Assembly: GCA_030526045.1 (NCBI GenBank)
Contig: JAUNDN010000007.1
Span: forward strand, 49,193-81,192
Direction: 5' to 3'
Length of the DNA: 32,000 bases
Source: Bacillota bacterium
Lineage (GTDB): Bacteria > Bacillota > Clostridia > Lachnospirales > Lachnospiraceae
The position numbers and the translations under genes were made by a program. The notes under the pieces are model-generated. The model had not been told where the DNA came from, searched no databases, and was given only the letters and a program-made list of their open reading frames with translations. Below are positions 1-11,223 of this stretch, in pieces. Position 1 is the first letter of the stretch. Each line of letters begins with the position of its first letter.

Positions 1-2
1 TT

Positions 3-527
3 GCAAATGAATTTTTGAGACCGGTCAGCTTTCGCGGAAGAATGCTTGCCGAAAATGCAGGGAATGCTATTTTTAATATTATTTTTCATTTTTTGCCGGC
101 GCTTCTGATTTGTGTGGTGCTGATTGGAATATGTCCGCCTGAAAGTGTAGGGATGCTAATTTGCTTTTTCCTCAGCACCATTCTGGGCTATGGCATTCTG
201 TGGACGATTAGTTTCGCAGTACAGGCGGCATCCTTCTGGGCAATCAACATCTGGAGTCTTGCAACTCTGAAGGATGTACTCATCAATGTGTTTTCAGGTA
301 CCATGATACCGTTATGGTTTATGCCGGAATGGATTTATGAAGCCTTGCAGTTTACACCTTTTCCATACATTTATTTTACGCCGGTTCAGATTTATCTTGG
401 ACAGCTTTCCTATTCGGAAATCGGGCGGCAGTACATGCTGCAGCTGATATGGATTCTGCTGATTTATCTGTTGGGGAATCTTCTCTTCAAAAAGGGACAG
501 AAAAAGCTTGTGGTACAGGGAGGTTGA
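3..527 (+). CDS. ABC-2 type transporter permease, C-terminal part (5' end lies outside the window)
   Basis: The frame is open to the left edge. The product is hydrophobic and multi-TM, and ends 6 nt before a paralogous permease gene. The pattern matches two-permease ABC-2 (ABC2_membrane_6-like) systems. Confidence 0.6.
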   Translation, partial: ANEFLRPVSFRGRMLAENAGNAIFNIIFHFLPALLICVVLIGICPPESVGMLICFFLSTILGYGILWTISFAVQAASFWAINIWSLATLKDVLINVFSGTMIPLWFMPEWIYEALQFTPFPYIYFTPVQIYLGQLSYSEIGRQYMLQLIWILLIYLLGNLLFKKGQKKLVVQGG

Positions 528-533
528 TCGGGA

Positions 534-1343
534 ATGAAAAGCGATACGCTACAGATGATGCTGATTTACACAAAGACCATTATGAAGGCATGGTTTCAAT
601 ATCGGTCAAATGCCCTGCTCAGCTCGCTTACGGTCTTTTTGCGGGAGGCAACAGGGATTATTGTGATTTATTTTACTCTGCTTAAATTCGGAACGCTGGG
701 CGGATGGGATATTTATGAAATGCTTTTTCTGTTCAGCCTGTTGTTTCTGACCTATGGCATTATGATTATTTTCTTTACGGGACTGAGGGACTTCGGAAAA
801 ACGGTTCGAAACGGTGGCTTTGACCGGTTTATTCTGCGCCCGAGGGGACTGCTCTTTCAACTGATTTTTACCAATGCAGACTGGTTTGCAGCCGTCGGAC
901 ATGGCGGACTGGGCATTGTACTGTTTCTGATTTCCGCAGGCAGGGTGGGGATTGAGTGGAACGCAGTCAATATCGTTTATTATTTGTTTACGGTGGCTGG
1001 CGGAGTGCTAATACAGGGAGCGATTTTCCTTTTACTTGCTGCCTTAAACATCTATCTGATTGAGACAAAAAGCCTGAAAGAACTGTTTTATTGGAATATG
1101 AGAAAATTTGCAGGATACCCGATCAGTATCTTTCACAAAGCAATTCAGGTGTGTATGATCTATATTGTTCCGTTTGCTTTTGTCAATTATTTTCCTGCCC
1201 AGTATCTGCTTCGCAAACCGGACATGGCGCAATACCCGCAGCTGTATCTGTACATTACACCGGTTGTGGGAATTGTCATGTACCTGGTAGCGTATGGATT
1301 TTGGAAATACAGCCTGAAATATTATAAAAGTTCGGGGAATTGA
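534..1343 (+). CDS. ABC-2 family transporter permease
   Basis: 269-aa ORF with about 6 hydrophobic segments, tightly linked to the upstream permease. A GGGAGG ribosome-binding site lies just upstream. Confidence 0.65.
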   Translation: MKSDTLQMMLIYTKTIMKAWFQYRSNALLSSLTVFLREATGIIVIYFTLLKFGTLGGWDIYEMLFLFSLLFLTYGIMIIFFTGLRDFGKTVRNGGFDRFILRPRGLLFQLIFTNADWFAAVGHGGLGIVLFLISAGRVGIEWNAVNIVYYLFTVAGGVLIQGAIFLLLAALNIYLIETKSLKELFYWNMRKFAGYPISIFHKAIQVCMIYIVPFAFVNYFPAQYLLRKPDMAQYPQLYLYITPVVGIVMYLVAYGFWKYSLKYYKSSGN

Positions 1344-1360
1344 TGTCGGACTTTTTATCT

Positions 1361-1831
1361 CTATATAGGCAGGTAGGATTTTAAGCGGTCAAAGTCTCCT
1401 GCATAAATGATATTCAGCAGCTTATCCAGCTTCATCAGACCTGTTTTCAGCGTATCCAGGGAGATGGAGCGGGATTCCAGCGCAGTAACCAGTTCATCCA
1501 AATCAACCACCTTCACAAACCCATCGGGATAAATAATCACATCGGCGAGAAGATCTGTCACGATCATCGTGTTCTTGACAGGATCATAGTTGAAATCCAC
1601 AATATCACAATACCAGTAAAGAAGGGAATCATCCTCGCGGCAGAATTTGCTTACTTTAAAGCCTTCCTTTAGGAAATAGCAGGAAGAGCCGTGATGGAGG
1701 TCTTTCTTGGGGTGGAGGGCATTCCAGGTAGTGACAATCCGCTCTTCGTCACAGGACTGAATGATGTCGTCCTTGAGCAAAATGCATTCCTCAGGAATGA
1801 TGCGTCTGCGATACAAAATGGGATTTGTCAT
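1361..1831 (-). CDS. DUF402 domain protein (FomD/Ntdp-like nucleoside di/triphosphatase family)
   Basis: The product shows the typical DUF402 pattern (WYCDIVD...DLLADV). ATG at 1831 is preceded by GGAGG. The GTG at 1846 from the ORF track is less likely. Confidence 0.7.
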   Translation of the reverse strand: MTNPILYRRRIIPEECILLKDDIIQSCDEERIVTTWNALHPKKDLHHGSSCYFLKEGFKVSKFCREDDSLLYWYCDIVDFNYDPVKNTMIVTDLLADVIIYPDGFVKVVDLDELVTALESRSISLDTLKTGLMKLDKLLNIIYAGDFDRLKSYLPI

Positions 1832-2004
1832 GAAGCCTCCTTCCACGAAATGAGATTCGTGCTAAAAAAGTGTTAAGAAAATATACTTATAAAATAATTG
1901 CAATATTGAGTTATGCAAATAGTACTATTAATTAAGAGGAAAGTCAACGGATTTAAAGAAACCGGAAAAGGAAAAATTAACCCTGTTTTTCAACATTATT
2001 TTCC

Positions 2005-2033
2005 TAGACATAAATAGAAAAAATGGGTATAAT
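2005..2033 (+). promoter_or_regulatory. Sigma-A type promoter of the atp operon
   Basis: TAGACA (2005-2010), 17-nt spacer, TATAAT (2028-2033). Located about 65 nt upstream of atpZ. Confidence 0.55.
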
Positions 2034-2098
2034 TTAAAAATGAGAGCTTATGGGTGGAACGATGTGGTAAGCATCACTATTTTGAAAGGGAGAGGCAT

Positions 2099-2404
2099 GT
2101 GAAGTTCAACCGTAGCGTATATCAGTCACTGATGATGATCGGACAGTTTGGAATTAACATGTTGGTCCCTGTTTTTATTTGCTCCTTTCTGGGAATGTTT
2201 CTGGATAAGAAGCTGGGAACAAGCTTTCTGATCATTGTATTCTTTTTTATAGGGGCACTGGCAGGTGGCCGGAATGTGTTCCGATTTGCCAAAAGAATTT
2301 ATTCAAAGAGCAGTGAGCAGTCTGCTTACCTGCACGAGAGCAGAAGAAACAGGAGCAGTAAAAATGAAGGGAAAAATCACCGGGATAAACAGGACACTGT
2401 TTGA
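2099..2404 (+). CDS. atpZ: AtpZ/AtpI-family small membrane protein (F0F1 operon leader gene)
   Basis: Two TM helices (MMIGQFGINMLVPVFICSFLGMFLDKKLGT...FFFIGALAGGRNVFRF), typical of AtpZ. It is the first gene of the atp operon. The start is uncertain: GTG 2099 after GGGAGAGG, or GTG 2054. Confidence 0.6.
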   Translation: MKFNRSVYQSLMMIGQFGINMLVPVFICSFLGMFLDKKLGTSFLIIVFFFIGALAGGRNVFRFAKRIYSKSSEQSAYLHESRRNRSSKNEGKNHRDKQDTV

Positions 2405-2810
2405 GCTGGAAACAGGCATTTTACTTTTTGGCGCGGTATGTCAGCTGTTTGTTTTTCCGGTAAAGGATAAAGCGGCATACAGCCTTGGGCTTTGGATCGG
2501 CATATTGACAGCAATGATCAGTGCTTTTCATATGTGGTGGTCACTGGACCATGCGCTTGATCTTGATGAGAAGGCAGCCGTGAGCAAAATGAGCACCCAC
2601 AACATTTTGCGCTATGTTGCCATCACGATTGTTCTTGCCCTGACTGCAGTCAGCAAAATTGCAAATCCGCTTTCTGCATTTCTGGGAATCATGAGCCTGA
2701 AAGCATCTGCTTATATGCAGTTTATTACCAAAAGAATCAGTTATCTGATATATGGGGAAGAAATTCTTCCTCCACTGATAGAAGAACCTGACAAGGAACA
2801 GGATAGGTAA
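2364..2810 (+). CDS. atpI: ATP synthase subunit I
   Basis: ATG 2364 is preceded by AGGAG (2351-2355). The product is about 148 aa with 4 hydrophobic helices, and the gene sits immediately upstream of atpB. It overlaps the 3' end of atpZ in another frame. Confidence 0.6.
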   Translation: MKGKITGINRTLFELETGILLFGAVCQLFVFPVKDKAAYSLGLWIGILTAMISAFHMWWSLDHALDLDEKAAVSKMSTHNILRYVAITIVLALTAVSKIANPLSAFLGIMSLKASAYMQFITKRISYLIYGEEILPPLIEEPDKEQDR

Positions 2811-2822
2811 GGAGGTGAAGAT

Positions 2823-3545
2823 ATGGGACAGGGAATTTTGCTTTCCGGAGAAACAAGTGTGGATTTTATGATTCACGGCGTTTTTTCTTATGAATTGTTC
2901 GGACAGACTCTGTGGATCACGACAACGCATGTGTGCGTACTGCTTGTCATGCTGATCATCATAGGCTTCTGCATTGCGGCAAACCGTGCTGTGAAACATG
3001 CTACCGAAGTGCCCGGTGCATTTCAGAATGTGGTGGAGATGATTGTGGAGATGCTGGATGGAATGGTCAGCGGTGTAATGGATAAGCAGGCCATCAGGTT
3101 TCGAAACTATATCGGAACCATCTTTATTTTTATTCTGATCAGTAATATTTCGGGATTACTGGGTTTAAGACCACCTACCGCGGATTACGGTGTAACTTTT
3201 GCGCTGGGTATTATCACATTCACACTGATTCATTTTAACAAGTTTAAGTATCAGAAGGTTTCGGGTGTCCTGAAGGGGCTTTGTGACCCTTGGCCGATTT
3301 GGGCACCGATCAATATTGTCAGTGACCTTGCGGTTCCGGTTTCGCTATCGCTTCGTCTGTTTGCCAACATTCTTTCGGGAACGGCGATTATGGCGCTGAT
3401 CTATGCACTGCTCAGCAAGGTTGCCATTATCTGGCCGGCAGCGTTACATGTATATTTTGACCTGTTTTCGGGTGCAATTCAGACCTATGTATTCTGTATG
3501 CTGACGATGACATACATTACGGATGCATGCAATACGGGAGAATAG
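2823..3545 (+). CDS. atpB: F0 ATP synthase subunit a
   Basis: 240 aa. Conserved LSLRLFANILSG motif with the essential Arg. AAGGAGGTG ribosome-binding site. Confidence 0.95.
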   Translation: MGQGILLSGETSVDFMIHGVFSYELFGQTLWITTTHVCVLLVMLIIIGFCIAANRAVKHATEVPGAFQNVVEMIVEMLDGMVSGVMDKQAIRFRNYIGTIFIFILISNISGLLGLRPPTADYGVTFALGIITFTLIHFNKFKYQKVSGVLKGLCDPWPIWAPINIVSDLAVPVSLSLRLFANILSGTAIMALIYALLSKVAIIWPAALHVYFDLFSGAIQTYVFCMLTMTYITDACNTGE

Positions 3546-3881
<336 letters not shown>

Positions 3882-3943
3882 GTCAGACGCCCTGAAACAG
3901 CCCTTTAGGGACTGAATGAAATCATAAGAAAGGAGGCTTACGG

Positions 3944-4462
3944 ATGGAACCCAGATTGTTTGACCTTGACCTGCAGCTTTTGGCAGATTCGGTGCTTATG
4001 ATCATTTCGGTTTTTGTACTTTTTCTTGCAGCGTCTTATTTCCTGTTCAACCCGGTCAGAGAGATGCTGGCAAAGAGACAGGCCAAGATTAAGGATGAAC
4101 TGGACAGCGCAGCAAAGGACAAGGAAGATGCGGAAGGCTTAAAGAAGCAGTACGAGGATAAGCTGAAAAACATCGATAAAGAAGCAGAAGAGATTCTGAG
4201 TGATGCGAGAAAGCGTGCACAGGAAAATGAAAACAGAATTGTGGCTGATGCGAAGGAAGAAGCTGCCAGAATTATAGAGAGAGCGAAGGTGGAAGCAGAG
4301 CTCGAAAAGCAGAAAGCTGCAGACGATATGAAGCGTGAAATGATTGTGCTTGCTTCCATGATGGCAGGTAAGGTAGTAAAGGCATCTATCGATACAACCG
4401 TACAGGAAAGCCTGGTAAACGAAACGTTAAAGGAAATAGGTGAGAGCACATGGCAAAGCTAG
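3944..4462 (+). CDS. atpF: F0 ATP synthase subunit b
   Basis: N-terminal TM helix followed by a long K/E/A-rich coiled coil. Operon position fits. Confidence 0.9.
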   Translation: MEPRLFDLDLQLLADSVLMIISVFVLFLAASYFLFNPVREMLAKRQAKIKDELDSAAKDKEDAEGLKKQYEDKLKNIDKEAEEILSDARKRAQENENRIVADAKEEAARIIERAKVEAELEKQKAADDMKREMIVLASMMAGKVVKASIDTTVQESLVNETLKEIGESTWQS

Positions 4463-4995
4463 TTTCTACAACATATGGAGAGGCTTTGTTTGAACTGGCT
4501 GTCGAGGAGGGCAGAGAGGAGGAATTCTTAAGTGAGGTTGCACAGCTTAAGAGCCTGCTTGATGAAAACCCTGATTTTGGAAAACTGATGAATCACCCAA
4601 AGATTCTTAAGGAAGAAAAGCTTAAGGTTTTGGAGGAGGTTTTCGGAGGAAGAATTTCCAAAGAGCTGCTTGGATTTTTACATCTGGTGGTGAGCAAGGA
4701 CAGATATGGCGATATTGATGCGATACTGGACTTCTTCATCAGTGAAGTCAAAAAGCTTAAGGGCATAGGAATTGCCTATGTGACTACGGCAGCGGACTTG
4801 AACGAAGCAAAGAAAAAGGAAATCGAAGCGAAGCTGCTTGCTACCACATCCTTTCAAAAGATGGAAATGCACTATCAGGTTGATGAAGACCTGATCGGCG
4901 GCATGGTCATCAGGATCGGAGACCGGGTAGTTGACAGCAGTGTCAGAACCAAGCTGTTTGAGTTGCAGCGGGAGCTGCTGAAGGTACAGCTGTAA
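4450..4995 (+). CDS. atpH: F1 ATP synthase subunit delta (OSCP)
   Basis: 181 aa. The start overlaps the atpF stop by 13 nt. C-terminal IGGMVIRIGDRVVDSSVRTKL motif. Confidence 0.9.
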   Translation: MAKLVSTTYGEALFELAVEEGREEEFLSEVAQLKSLLDENPDFGKLMNHPKILKEEKLKVLEEVFGGRISKELLGFLHLVVSKDRYGDIDAILDFFISEVKKLKGIGIAYVTTAADLNEAKKKEIEAKLLATTSFQKMEMHYQVDEDLIGGMVIRIGDRVVDSSVRTKLFELQRELLKVQL

Positions 4996-5009
4996 GAAAG
5001 AATATATAA

Positions 5010-6536
<1,527 letters not shown>

Positions 6537-6568
6537 TCATGGAATTAAGATAAGGATAAGGTGATATT

Positions 6569-7444
6569 ATGGCTTCAATGCGAGACATAAAGAGGCGTAA
6601 GGGCAGTATACAGAGTACCCAGCAGATTACCAAGGCCATGAAGCTTGTTTCCACTGTAAAGCTGCAAAGAGCAAAGCAGAATGCGGAAAAATCAGGAACC
6701 TACTTCCGATATATGTATGATACCGTGAATTCAATTTTGAAAAGAACCAAGAATCTGGATCATAAGTATTTGAAATCCGGTGAAACGGGTAAAAAGGCAG
6801 TGATTGTCATCACATCAAACAGAGGTCTGGCAGGAGGATATAATTCCAACGTGATCAAGCTGATCACAAGAGGCGAGCTGGCTGATGAAAATCTGGCAAT
6901 CTATGCTATCGGCAAGAAGGGAAAAGAGGCATTACAGCGTAAGTATGAGATTAAGGCAGACTACTCCGATGTGATAGAAGAGCCTGCTTATGCGGACGCA
7001 ATGGCAATCAGCAAAGAGGTATTGGAAGCTTTTGCAAATGGCGAGATCAGTGAGATTTATCTTGCTTATACGGCATTTAAGAATACGGTGGTTCATATTC
7101 CTACGCTTTTAAAGCTTCTTCCGGTAGAAATATCACAGGAAGAAACACAGGAGACGGTTGGGGACGAGGAAGCTGATGACAACAGAGCACCTATGAACTT
7201 TGAACCGGAGGATGAGGAAGCTTTAAATCTGCTCATACCCAAATATATAACCAGTCTGATCTATGGCGGAATGGTTGAGGCAGTGGCAAGTGAGAATGGC
7301 GCCAGGATGCAGGCAATGGATTCTGCAACCAGCAATGCGGAGGAGATGATAGACAATCTGACGCTGCTTTATAACAGAGCACGTCAGGGCTCTATTACGC
7401 AGGAGCTGACAGAGATCATTGCAGGTGCAAACGCAATCTCATAG
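6569..7444 (+). CDS. atpG: F1 ATP synthase subunit gamma
   Basis: 291 aa. N-terminal MRDIKRRKGSIQSTQQITKAMKLVS and C-terminal ITQELTEIIAGANA signatures. Confidence 0.95.
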   Translation: MASMRDIKRRKGSIQSTQQITKAMKLVSTVKLQRAKQNAEKSGTYFRYMYDTVNSILKRTKNLDHKYLKSGETGKKAVIVITSNRGLAGGYNSNVIKLITRGELADENLAIYAIGKKGKEALQRKYEIKADYSDVIEEPAYADAMAISKEVLEAFANGEISEIYLAYTAFKNTVVHIPTLLKLLPVEISQEETQETVGDEEADDNRAPMNFEPEDEEALNLLIPKYITSLIYGGMVEAVASENGARMQAMDSATSNAEEMIDNLTLLYNRARQGSITQELTEIIAGANAIS

Positions 7445-7499
7445 GCATTCGCAAGAGGGGCTGCCATCGGGTGGTTCCCACGATAGAAAGAGGATATGA

Positions 7500-8942
<1,443 letters not shown>

Positions 8943-8957
8943 TAACGGAGGGTAAAG

Positions 8958-9362
8958 ATGGCTGAGAACAATTTATTTACATTGAAAATCATTACACCCG
9001 ACCGCATGTTTTACGAGGGAGAGGTTTCTATGGTGGAATTTAATACCACAGAAGGAGAAATCGGTATCTACAAAAAGCATGTTCCCACGACTGTAATCAT
9101 AAGTCCCGGAATCCTCACCATTACCGAGAAAAACGAAACAAAGGAAGCGGCACTTCATGCGGGATTTGCAGAAATACTGCAGGACGAAGTTGTCATTATG
9201 GCGGAAATCGTGGAATGGCCGGAGGAAATTGATTTAAAGAGGGCAGAAGCGGCCAGGGACCGTGCTCAGGAACGGCTCCAAAGCAAAACACCGGAGACGG
9301 ATGTCCTGCGCGCAGAAACAGCTCTGCAGAGAGCGCTTGCCCGTATCCATGTTATTAATTAG
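8958..9362 (+). CDS. atpC: F1 ATP synthase subunit epsilon
   Basis: 134 aa with a beta-sandwich N-terminus and a helical C-terminus (AEAARDRAQERL). It is the last gene of the operon. Confidence 0.93.
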   Translation: MAENNLFTLKIITPDRMFYEGEVSMVEFNTTEGEIGIYKKHVPTTVIISPGILTITEKNETKEAALHAGFAEILQDEVVIMAEIVEWPEEIDLKRAEAARDRAQERLQSKTPETDVLRAETALQRALARIHVIN

Positions 9363-9375
9363 TAGAATGAAGAGA

Positions 9376-9420
9376 AGCGCTTTGTGCTCTGATAGAGCGC
9401 AAGGCGCTTTCATATATTTA
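9376..9420 (+). terminator. Rho-independent terminator of the atp operon
   Basis: 15-bp stem: AGCGCTTTGTGCTCT (9376-9390) pairs with AGAGCGCAAGGCGCT (9394-9408), including two G-U pairs. Loop is GAT. A T-rich tract follows. Confidence 0.7.
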
Positions 9421-9543
9421 TTGTTTGCAACAGCTGTTACGGACATGAAGAGAGATCAGCCTTATGGAAGAGAAAGGGCAAAATAGTACCGATATGTCTC
9501 AAAATGCATATGATAGATGTAAAGACGTAAGGAAGTTATCCAT

Positions 9544-9933
9544 ATGTATGAACGTAAAATTCTGCCTTTTTATATGACGTATCCGCTTCCCATGTACTAC
9601 CAGGAGGAAGATTCCATTATCCGTGATCTTGAATATCTGCAGCAGATGTATCCTTCAGAGGCAAAAAGATATCAGAAAATCATTGCAGGGATTCTGGATA
9701 AGCTTGACTATGAAGGAAGCATGATCTATGATGAATATCCCGATAAACTGCAGCTTTATAAGCTCTCAAATGATATTCTTGAGCGGATTAGGCGGGAAGA
9801 GGAGAAGGAGCATCCGGATCAGGATGTTTCTCCGGAAAAGTGGGAGTGGCTGGGGGATCTGATACAGATTCTTTTGTTTTATGAAATCTATAAGAGGCGG
9901 CACAATTCAAGACGTGGTATTCTTAGATTCTGA
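9544..9933 (+). CDS. Hypothetical protein, Tyr/Glu-rich, no recognised domain
   Basis: 129-aa ORF with an AAGGAAG ribosome-binding site 7 nt upstream. No TM segment or signal peptide. I do not recognise the family. Confidence 0.5.
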   Translation: MYERKILPFYMTYPLPMYYQEEDSIIRDLEYLQQMYPSEAKRYQKIIAGILDKLDYEGSMIYDEYPDKLQLYKLSNDILERIRREEEKEHPDQDVSPEKWEWLGDLIQILLFYEIYKRRHNSRRGILRF

Positions 9934-10019
9934 TAAAATTTTTGTTGTGGTTTTGCAGGTAAATAAGTAAAATATAGTCATGACGTTAAGTTATGGCTAT
10001 ATTTATGTGAGGAAAAATC

Positions 10020-11207
10020 GTGGAAGAATTAAGAAACAGACTGGCAGATTTTTTGTCTGAAAGGCTATATCAGATTATCATCAGCAATCCCCGCAGGAAG
10101 GAAGAGGCATTTAAGGTTAAGGTCAGACCGATCATGATGAAAGGAAGCATCTGCTTCCAGGAGACGATTTCCAAGGGAACGCAGGTGTTTCATGATAATT
10201 ATGAGAAAGACGGAATGCTGGACAGACTTGTGCGTTATATGGAGGAGGACTTCAGACAGCTGGAAGCACAAAGCATGGATGGAAAACTGAACGTTCTGGT
10301 AAGTAAAAAGGGAAGGATGACAATTAAGCAGCAAAAGGCTGATAGTTCCCAAAATCAAATGATGCCTGATATGTCACACAACCGCAGTAAACAGTATATT
10401 TTAAAGGAAGGAGTACCTGTCCCTTTTCTGATTGACCTTGATGTACAGACAGCAGAAGGAACAATTATTAAATCAAGATATAATAAATTTAAGCAAATAA
10501 ATCGTTATTTGGAGTTTGTGGAGGACATCCTCCCTGCGCTCCCGAAGGAAAGAACAATTCATATCATTGATTTTGGCTGTGGGAAATCCTATCTTACATT
10601 TGCACTGTATTACTATCTCCATGAGCTGAAGCAGCTGGATGTCATGATCACAGGGCTTGATTTGAAAACAGACGTTATTAATAAATGCAATCAATTGGCA
10701 GAGAGGTACGGATATGATCAACTGCAATTTTTTCAAGGTGATATCAGTACCTTTCAGGGAGCAGAGTGTGTGGATATGGTTGTTACCCTTCACGCCTGCG
10801 ATACAGCTACAGACTTTGCAATAAAGAAGGCAGTAGACTGGGGGGCACGGGTTATCTTTACGGTACCCTGCTGTCAACATGAGGTAAATAAACAGATTGA
10901 GAACGAACTGCTTTCCCCGGTATTTCAGTACGGGCTTTTGAAGGAAAGAATATCTGCCCTGCTGACGGACGGTATTCGTGCCAACCTTCTGGAAGAAGCC
11001 GGATATGAAACACAGGTCCTGGAATTTATCAGCATGGAGCATACACCAAAGAATATACTTATTAGAGCGGTCAAACGTGAGCGTGATGCTTCGGTAACCA
11101 ACAGAAGAAAGAGCATCGAAGAATCAGGCACGGCTCTCCGGCAGCTCACGGATGCATTGCATGTGGAAACTACTTTGCAGAAGCTGATGAAAAATAATAC
11201 TTTGTAA
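10020..11207 (+). CDS. Class I SAM-dependent methyltransferase (Methyltransf_32-like)
   Basis: Motif I IIDFGCGKSYLT, an acidic residue after beta-2 (GLDL), and VTLHACDTATD. GTG start after GAGGA. Confidence 0.75.
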   Translation: MEELRNRLADFLSERLYQIIISNPRRKEEAFKVKVRPIMMKGSICFQETISKGTQVFHDNYEKDGMLDRLVRYMEEDFRQLEAQSMDGKLNVLVSKKGRMTIKQQKADSSQNQMMPDMSHNRSKQYILKEGVPVPFLIDLDVQTAEGTIIKSRYNKFKQINRYLEFVEDILPALPKERTIHIIDFGCGKSYLTFALYYYLHELKQLDVMITGLDLKTDVINKCNQLAERYGYDQLQFFQGDISTFQGAECVDMVVTLHACDTATDFAIKKAVDWGARVIFTVPCCQHEVNKQIENELLSPVFQYGLLKERISALLTDGIRANLLEEAGYETQVLEFISMEHTPKNILIRAVKRERDASVTNRRKSIEESGTALRQLTDALHVETTLQKLMKNNTL

Positions 11208-11223
11208 GCCGAATGGGAGAAAT

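Noticed and set aside
4036-4449. 137-aa minus-strand ORF antisense to atpF
   Set aside because: The product is low-complexity and Ser/Ala/Leu-rich. It is the mirror image of the K/E/A-rich coiled coil of subunit b. It has no ribosome-binding site and lies entirely inside a conserved gene.
9970-10004. AT-rich 12-bp hairpin AAATATAGTCAT / ATGGCTATATTT between the 129-aa ORF and the methyltransferase
   Set aside because: It could be a weak terminator. However, the stem is almost all A-T, there is no proper T-tract, and it abuts the methyltransferase ribosome-binding site. The evidence is too weak to call.
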